Of a stretch of 46,669 nt of DNA, positions 40,500 to 46,669 are shown in pieces. The stretch is taken from the sequence record SRR20825010_3322; one strand, 5' to 3'. The position numbers and the translations under genes are program-made. The notes beneath the pieces are model-generated. The model saw only the letters and a program-made list of their open reading frames with translations, had not been told where the DNA came from and made no database searches. The stretch's first letter is position 1; each line of letters opens with the position of its first letter.

Positions 40500-41441
40500 C
40501 TACTCAGCGGCTTGCGTGGTTGCTGGAATGTTTTCTGCAGGCTCTGTTTTTCCCTGTCGTTCCAGCCATTCAGCGCGGATCATGTCGCTGGTTTTACGGC
40601 TGCCGTCTGGTGTCCAGCCAGGTGGGGCCAACAGATATAACATCTTGTGCTTCCATGATTTCGCGGTCCACATATCCCTGAAGATCCCCACCCATTCGTG
40701 GGTTGCGACCCGAAGCGGGTTGAAGGTACCAAGGTCGCGCACAAGGCCGTACCGGCAGGGATCATCTTCTCGTTCAGGAATGAACGAGCCGAACATCTTG
40801 TCCCAGATAATGAAAACGCCCGCGTAGTTCGCGTCCAGGTAACGCGGGTTGTTTGCGTGGTGCACGCGGTGATGGCTCGGTGTATTCATCACCGCCTCGA
40901 ACCAGCGCGGCATTTTTTTAATCGCCTCTGTGTGAATCCAGAACTGATACACGAGGTTAAGCCCCGCGCAGAAGAAGACGATTGCCGGTTCAATGCCCAA
41001 AATGAAGATAGGCAATTTGAACAGAAAGCCGGGGGTGAACTGCCCGGTCCATGTCTGCCTGAGCGCGGTTGTCAGGTTATAGTGCTGGCTGGAGTGATGA
41101 ATGACGTGGGCGGCCCACATCCAGCGCATACGGTGCCCAAAACGGTGCACCCAGTAATAAGCGAAATCATCCAGCACGAAGGCGAGGGCAAAAACCCAAA
41201 GCGCAGAACCCATGTTAAAAATGGCGAAATTTTCCCAAACCCAATAACTGAGAAGGAAAAACACACCGGCTGTAAGCGCGCCAGAGACCGTGCTGCCAAG
41301 ACCCATGAGCAGCGAGGTGAAAGCGTCGCGGCCCTCAAATCGGGTGCGACCTGTTTTCCAGCCGTAAATCATCTCCACCAGTACGAAGAATACAAATGCT
41401 GGTACGGCCAGTTCTGTTGGCTTTGGCAGGTCAAGCAGCAT
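40500..41441 (-). CDS. Sterol desaturase/fatty-acid hydroxylase family (alkylglycerol monooxygenase-like)
   Basis: His boxes YW.HR..H, H..HHSS, H, HHRVHH; WDKMFG. Confidence 0.92.
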   Translation of the reverse strand: MLLDLPKPTELAVPAFVFFVLVEMIYGWKTGRTRFEGRDAFTSLLMGLGSTVSGALTAGVFFLLSYWVWENFAIFNMGSALWVFALAFVLDDFAYYWVHRFGHRMRWMWAAHVIHHSSQHYNLTTALRQTWTGQFTPGFLFKLPIFILGIEPAIVFFCAGLNLVYQFWIHTEAIKKMPRWFEAVMNTPSHHRVHHANNPRYLDANYAGVFIIWDKMFGSFIPEREDDPCRYGLVRDLGTFNPLRVATHEWVGIFRDMWTAKSWKHKMLYLLAPPGWTPDGSRKTSDMIRAEWLERQGKTEPAENIPATTQAAE

Positions 41442-41862
41442 GGGTGAGTTCCTCGTTATTACTGGTAAGCTCATCAAACAGAAGCGAAACCTCCGCGAGT
41501 GTTGCCGTGTCGAACTCCAGCTTGATATTGGGCTGGGTGAAGTCGTCAAACACCAGAAGAAGGGCATCACCAGACGGTCGCACATTTTTTATGTCGTTGG
41601 GCTGCAGGATACGGCAGACTACACGGTCGCCGAGACGCACAGCAAGCCCAACGCTTGATGCGGGCGAGGTAAGGCTGGCAACAGCTGCTTTGGCATTTTT
41701 GCTGAGAAAGACGGATGCAACATGGGCCTCGGGCGCATAACGCGCGAGATTTCGCCGCACGATCTGGTCGTCAAGCGGTGTCCGCGCGGGGAACATACGC
41801 CACGCCAGAAATGCTGTAACGATAATGGCTATAAGCGAGCCTAAAACTTGTACTGGATCCAT
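41431..41862 (-). CDS. Hypothetical membrane-anchored protein
   Basis: N-terminal TM, RBS GGAAGGA, overlaps the desaturase start (translational coupling). Confidence 0.75.
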   Translation of the reverse strand: MDPVQVLGSLIAIIVTAFLAWRMFPARTPLDDQIVRRNLARYAPEAHVASVFLSKNAKAAVASLTSPASSVGLAVRLGDRVVCRILQPNDIKNVRPSGDALLLVFDDFTQPNIKLEFDTATLAEVSLLFDELTSNNEELTHAA

Positions 41863-42006
41863 GATTTCCTTCCCAAAATCTACTCTAGGATGCCTGTATT
41901 TACTGGACCGTCAAGTCTGGAATTGTAATCTGCGGAGATTGTTGTCTTTTTCTTGTCATGCTTGAGGCCTAGGACTAACGTTCTGAAGCAATGGGAGGAC
42001 GCGATA

Positions 42007-43011
42007 GTGAGGCGATGGATCAAGCTGGGCCTGATGATGTTGGGCTTTGGAGGGATTGAGGTGGCAGCAGCGAGAGATGCAACAGAAATGGCGTCAGGAC
42101 CCATAGTTATTGCTCATAGGGGCGCTAGTGGTTACCGGCCAGAGCATACGCTGATGTCCTACAGGCTCGGCCTGCAGATGAATGCGGACTATATTGAGCC
42201 TGATCTGGTGATGACCAAAGACGGCCATCTGGTTGCACGCCACGATATCTATCTTTCCGGTACTACCGATATTGCTGACCACCCTGAATTCGCAGACAGG
42301 AAACGCCAACGGGAAGGCCTTGACGACTGGTTTGTGTTTGATTTCACCCTTGAAGAGCTGAAAACCTTGAAAGCGATTCAGCCGCGCCCGAAGCGCGGAC
42401 AGGTGTTTGACGGGCAGGAAAGCATCCCAACTATGAGCGAGATTCTCGCCCTGATGAAAACAGCCAAGGCTGAAGGCTCAAAAGCGGGGCTCTACATAGA
42501 GATCAAGCGTCCGGCGCTTTTCCGGAAAGTAGGCATTGACCCGACAGCGGCGCTTCTTGCCATGCTCAAAGAAGTGACTGACGCGGGCATTCCGGTGTAT
42601 TTTCAGTGTTTTGATGGGGCATACCTGAACGAATTTGTTGGTAAAACCGACGCTGAGCTTATTTGGCTAATTGAAGGCCGCAAGGACAAGAAAACAAAGT
42701 CGTATGTGCTTGAAGCGCCGCTCGCACTCTATGGCACTAAAGTGGACGGGGTTGGGCTCAATAAAGCACTGCTTGTTGGGCCTGACGGCACGCCGACCTC
42801 CGTGGTTGATGACGCTCATGCGATGGGACTTGATGTGCATGTGTGGACGGTGCGTAATGACCAAGTGCCAAAGGGGATCAAGACCGTGGAGGAAGAGCTT
42901 AAGCTCTTATTTTCATTAGGTGTTGACGGGGTATTTGCAGACTTCCCTGATACTGCGCTACAATCGCGGGACAGTTTCATGCTTTTGAAAGCGGGGCCAG
43001 CGAATGATTGA
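42007..43011 (+). CDS. Glycerophosphodiester phosphodiesterase
   Basis: IAHRGASG..PEHT, IEPDLV.TKDG.LV.RHD, EIK, VH.WTV, GVDG.F.DFP. Confidence 0.94.
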   Translation: MRRWIKLGLMMLGFGGIEVAAARDATEMASGPIVIAHRGASGYRPEHTLMSYRLGLQMNADYIEPDLVMTKDGHLVARHDIYLSGTTDIADHPEFADRKRQREGLDDWFVFDFTLEELKTLKAIQPRPKRGQVFDGQESIPTMSEILALMKTAKAEGSKAGLYIEIKRPALFRKVGIDPTAALLAMLKEVTDAGIPVYFQCFDGAYLNEFVGKTDAELIWLIEGRKDKKTKSYVLEAPLALYGTKVDGVGLNKALLVGPDGTPTSVVDDAHAMGLDVHVWTVRNDQVPKGIKTVEEELKLLFSLGVDGVFADFPDTALQSRDSFMLLKAGPAND

Positions 43012-43099
43012 TTTGATGAAGGGCATCCTGACAGCGATTGTCGCCGTGGTGGTTATCCGCTTGGGCGGCGAGGTCCTTTTCCAGGCTGTTGGCCTGTAA
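43004..43099 (+). CDS. 31-aa hydrophobic microprotein (not in ORF track)
   Basis: MIDLMKGILTAIVAVVVIRLGGEVLFQAVGL*; start overlaps GDPD stop; typical codons; lies before the terminator. Confidence 0.55.
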   Translation: MIDLMKGILTAIVAVVVIRLGGEVLFQAVGL

Positions 43100-43131
43100 T
43101 CAGCAGCAATCAAAACCGTGTGAAATAAACT

Positions 43132-43158
43132 AAAAGGGCGCTTGTATGCGCCCTTTTG
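43132..43158. terminator. Bidirectional intrinsic terminator
   Basis: AAAAGGGCGC-ttgtat-GCGCCCTTTT. Confidence 0.85.
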
Positions 43159-43185
43159 TGTTGAGACTGGTTATTTGCGTTCTGC

Positions 43186-43902
43186 TCAGTCGCCGTCTGG
43201 CAGGTCTTTCCCGAAGGGGAAGGGGCGTTCATCGCTGTCAAAACTTACGTATGCGGCGATATCACGAATATATTGCCCGACACACAGAATAGCTTTTTTC
43301 ACCACATCATTGGGATGGCCTGTGACCAGGTGAATGATGAACTGAATGAGGGTAAACGCAAAACCAAGGGCTATCGCGATCCAACCGGCGAACATATAGA
43401 ACACGGTGAAAGCCGCACGAATAAAGACTTCTTTCCAGTCTTTTTCCTTGAAATCAGCAGCAAGTTTTTCTGCGCTGTAAGGATCATCCGCCTGATCATC
43501 TGCCTGACTATCTGTTTGGCCAGCATAGCTAGATTGCTGGTCAGTCTTGGGGGGCTCATCAGCCCAATCGGCCGCGGGGCCTGCGTTTGGGGTGCTGGTG
43601 CTTGCTTTTTCCGTCGCCGCAGTTTCAGCCGCAGTGCTCGCAGCCTTTGTGGCGCCGGTTTTGGCTGGGGATGTTTTCTTGGCTGTGGTGGCGCGTTTGG
43701 CTGCCGCTGTTTTGGTCGCTGCAGGTTTCTTTGCGGCAGGTTTTTTTGCGGCTGGTTTTGTAGCTGCCGTTTTCCGGGCAGAAGTTGCGGCGGTTTTCTT
43801 CGGCGCAGCTTTCTTGGCTACCGGTTTTTTCACGGCAGCTTTTTCCGCAGCTGGCTTTTTGTCGCCTGCATCTGGTGAAGGTTGTTTGGTTTCCTCGCTC
43901 AT
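43186..43902 (-). CDS. DUF4389-like membrane protein with histone H1-like Lys/Ala/Pro-rich N-terminus
   Basis: AAKKP repeats, then R....V, Q....LVTG.PN, Y......Y..F.SDERPFPF. Confidence 0.82.
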   Translation of the reverse strand: MSEETKQPSPDAGDKKPAAEKAAVKKPVAKKAAPKKTAATSARKTAATKPAAKKPAAKKPAATKTAAAKRATTAKKTSPAKTGATKAASTAAETAATEKASTSTPNAGPAADWADEPPKTDQQSSYAGQTDSQADDQADDPYSAEKLAADFKEKDWKEVFIRAAFTVFYMFAGWIAIALGFAFTLIQFIIHLVTGHPNDVVKKAILCVGQYIRDIAAYVSFDSDERPFPFGKDLPDGD

Positions 43903-43993
43903 TTGGCACCCGTCTTGTTGTTAAGTGGTTTCACAACATGTGGTAAGGTAGCCCTCGTTCTTCAAGGGATACAGCGCATTACCTTGCTTCAGC

Positions 43994-45760
43994 CTATTTC
44001 GCCCAAGGCAGGTTACCATAAACATATTCGCTGGCCTCGATACCTTTCACGGGTTTCGAGAAATAGAAACCCTGGCCAAAGCCAAACTCAAGATCACGTA
44101 GCATCTTGATATGTTGGATATCTTCCAGTCCTTCCGCGACAACCTCGTGGCCGAGGTTCTTGGCAAGCATGCCGATCATGCGAAGTATTTTAAACGGCGC
44201 GTTGTCCGGTTCCAGCTGATTGATGAAGCTGCGATCGATCTTGATCACGTCAATCGGGAACTGGTGCAAATAGTTGAGCGAGGAATAGCCGGTACCAAAA
44301 TCATCGAGCGCGACCTTCACGCCCAGTTTTCGGATGCGCTGCAGCGATTCTGAAATTCGTGTCGGGTTCGCCATGATGGCACTCTCGGTCAACTCGATTC
44401 GAATAAAGCGGCCATCGATATCAAATTCTTTCAGTCCGTCCTCGACCATGCGCGCGATGTCATCGCGTGCGAACTGAATGCCGGAAACATTGACGTTGAT
44501 CGGCACAGTTTTCTCTTCGCCGACTTCATCGATCCATTTGCGCACCTGCGCGCATGCAGCTTTCACAGCCCAACGGCCGAGCGGCACGATCACGCCGGTT
44601 TCTTCAGCAAGCGGGATAAATTCGACTGGTGAGACAAAACCGCGATCTTTATGAATCCAGCGTGTCAGGCCCTCAAACCCGCGCAATTCAGAAGTTTTGA
44701 GATCAATGATCGGTTGGTAGAAAAGGTCCAGCTCGTTTCGCTCAACAGCGCGGCGAAGCTCAGTTTCCAGATGAAACTGTGACTGGGCACGCTGGTGCGA
44801 ATCGCGGTGATAAATTTCTGTGCGGGCTTTGCCTGCGCCCTTGGCGCGGTGCATGGCGAAGTCAGCGTCGCGGATCAGGTCTTCCGGGTGGGTGGAGCTT
44901 GAAAGCGTTGTGGCCACGCCGACGGAAACGGATGTGAACACCTCGTTGCCGTCAAGGTCATAAGGTTGCTGCATGGCCTCATGGATGCGGCGGGAGATCA
45001 TCTCTACTTCCTCGACATCCTTGAATCGCGACACCAGAATCGCGAACTCGTCGCCTGACAAGCGAGCCAAGGTGTCTGAGCTGCGAATACAGCGCCGCAG
45101 CGTTGATGCCATGGAGATGAGGAAACGGTCACCGGCGCTGTGGCCAAAACTTTCGTTGATCTGTTGGAAGCGGTCGATATTGATGATCAGGACCGCACAG
45201 CCGGTCTGGTGACCCTCGCGCTGGCAATCTGACACGGCTTCTTCAAGTTTATTACGGAAAAGCACGCGGTTTGGCTGCCCGGTGAGGGCATCATGAAAGG
45301 CGTGGTGCAGGAGGTTTCGCTCCGCCAGTTTTTCGGCGGTTTGGTCCTCAATCGTGCAGATAACTTGGTAAACGACACCCTCATGGTCAGTGAGCGCCAT
45401 AAGGTGCGATGACAGGAAGCGCTCGATTACACCGGCACGGATGCTCCACTCGAACGTGGTGTCGCGGCTGGTGCGGAAAACTTCGAGTATCTGGCCCGCA
45501 AGCACATGATTGTCTGCCGCATTCCAGATGGTATCCAGCGGGCAGGGAAGTTGTGTCGAGTCTTTAAGGCCAAAAACGTCGCGGGCAAACTGGTTGACGA
45601 ACAGGGCTTCAACGACGTTAGCGTCCGTTACGTTACAGACAAGCACACCAACTTGAAGGCGTTCAACAACCGCAGAAGTGTTCACGATGCGGGACGATCG
45701 CGTGGCTTCTCCCGACGCCTCAGCGATCGCCGAAATCTTCTTCGATTGTGTATCCGCCAC
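43994..45760 (-). CDS. PAS-GGDEF-EAL c-di-GMP signalling protein
   Basis: HDALTG.PNR, ARLSGDEF, YQPI, FEGL.RW, ELTES, DDFGTGYSSL, KIDRSF, AEG, QG.Y. Confidence 0.95.
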   Translation of the reverse strand: MADTQSKKISAIAEASGEATRSSRIVNTSAVVERLQVGVLVCNVTDANVVEALFVNQFARDVFGLKDSTQLPCPLDTIWNAADNHVLAGQILEVFRTSRDTTFEWSIRAGVIERFLSSHLMALTDHEGVVYQVICTIEDQTAEKLAERNLLHHAFHDALTGQPNRVLFRNKLEEAVSDCQREGHQTGCAVLIINIDRFQQINESFGHSAGDRFLISMASTLRRCIRSSDTLARLSGDEFAILVSRFKDVEEVEMISRRIHEAMQQPYDLDGNEVFTSVSVGVATTLSSSTHPEDLIRDADFAMHRAKGAGKARTEIYHRDSHQRAQSQFHLETELRRAVERNELDLFYQPIIDLKTSELRGFEGLTRWIHKDRGFVSPVEFIPLAEETGVIVPLGRWAVKAACAQVRKWIDEVGEEKTVPINVNVSGIQFARDDIARMVEDGLKEFDIDGRFIRIELTESAIMANPTRISESLQRIRKLGVKVALDDFGTGYSSLNYLHQFPIDVIKIDRSFINQLEPDNAPFKILRMIGMLAKNLGHEVVAEGLEDIQHIKMLRDLEFGFGQGFYFSKPVKGIEASEYVYGNLPWAK

Positions 45761-45936
45761 TGTTGGCTCCAGCTAAAATCTACAAATAAATAATGCGGCG
45801 AAGCTCGACCCCCGGGCTCCCACTGTCCAACACTTCACCACCGGACAGTAAAGATTTAGTAAAGGATAGACCCTTGTTTGAGGAAAAACCAACACAAACC
45901 CACAACTTTACCGTTATTATTTATACCAATGTTGCG

Positions 45937-45968
45937 AAAAAAAGGGGGAAGGCAGGACCTTCCCCTAG
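45937..45968 (-). terminator. Intrinsic terminator after nrdJ
   Basis: Minus strand GGGGAAGG-tcctg-CCTTCCCC followed by T7. Confidence 0.85.
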
Positions 45969-46020
45969 ATAACCACCCACTGGGACGGGTTAGTGAGTGG
46001 TGTAAACTTTTACTGGCCGC

Positions 46021-46669
46021 TTAGCTGCAGCCGGACGTGCCGCCGCAAGTGTCACACTTCAGGCAGGTGCCGTTTCGCACTAGCGTGAAATTGCCGCATT
46101 CGCCGCAGGCATCGCCTTCGTATCCCTTCATCCGCGCCGCCACGCGAGCATCGGCCGTAGCGTCCGTTGCACCGTTTGTCATTGCGGATCCCATGGTGAC
46201 CGTGCTGGTGGCGCCGTGGGTGCCGGTTGCCATGGCAACTGTTTCCAGTTCCCGGTCATCCTTGGTGGTTTTGCTTTTCAGCACCACAAGGTTGCTGCCG
46301 CGTACATACCCCGAAGACGCGAACTTCTGAACACGCTCAAGTGCTTCGGTGACCTCGTCATCAAGGGCAGGCAAGCCGTCGCGCGCGTCGCCCCGGCCAG
46401 TGGTATCGGGCGCGAAATCAGCTGGTGTGGCGTGTGCCAGGTCATCACGGCCAAGATAAGAGATCGCGAGCTCACGGAAGATATAATCCAGCAGTGAGGT
46501 TGCCATCTTGATGGTCTCGTTACCTTCAACCCGGCCAAAAGGCTCAAATCGTGTGAAGGTAAAGGCATCAACAAACTCCTCAAGCGGCACGCCGTATTGG
46601 AGGCCGATGGAGATCGCGATGGCGAAGTTGTTCATGAGCGAGCGGAAAGCAGCGCCTTCCTTGTGCATG
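46021..46669 (-). CDS. nrdJ: Vitamin B12-dependent (class II) ribonucleotide reductase, C-terminal part
   Basis: [64 protein letters not shown]. Confidence 0.93.
   Translation of the reverse strand, partial: MHKEGAAFRSLMNNFAIAISIGLQYGVPLEEFVDAFTFTRFEPFGRVEGNETIKMATSLLDYIFRELAISYLGRDDLAHATPADFAPDTTGRGDARDGLPALDDEVTEALERVQKFASSGYVRGSNLVVLKSKTTKDDRELETVAMATGTHGATSTVTMGSAMTNGATDATADARVAARMKGYEGDACGECGNFTLVRNGTCLKCDTCGGTSGCS

Noticed and set aside
45790-45860. c-di-GMP riboswitch upstream of the GGDEF-EAL gene
   Set aside because: Only one hairpin (ACTGTCC/GGACAGT) is evident; GEMM consensus elements are absent

Overview
Chromosomal segment of an alphaproteobacterium (gene content, LexA GTTC-N7-GTTC boxes and a CtrA-type TTAA-N7-TTAA box support this; a marine Kordiimonas/Sphingomonadales-like host is my unverified guess). 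It is mostly housekeeping: alaS (5'-truncated by the window), icd, psd-pssA, ppx/gppA-rlmE, guaB-rsmB, trmFO, uvrA, ssb, acyl-CoA dehydrogenase/thiolase, and nrdJ (5'-truncated). Accessory secreted or membrane proteins are interspersed. I found no tRNA, rRNA, CRISPR, integrase or transposase. The most interesting element is the ~700 bp gap at 9100-9800. It holds a probable ~160-nt highly structured non-coding RNA (+ strand, G-rich loops, GNRA tetraloop). Convergent with it is a 57-aa hydrophobic small ORF missed by the ORF track, with an RBS, a sigma70-type promoter and two perfect LexA boxes. Together these form a candidate SOS-induced membrane microprotein/sRNA module. Other notable items: uvrA and ssb separated by three genes with an SOS box at each side, a secreted avidin-fold protein with a remodelled biotin pocket behind tandem PAS genes, a phased TGTGGC repeat array where guaA would be expected, a membrane LytTR regulator with a canonically spaced direct-repeat site upstream of a divergent hydrolase, two palindromic REP-like elements, and a 31-aa microprotein.
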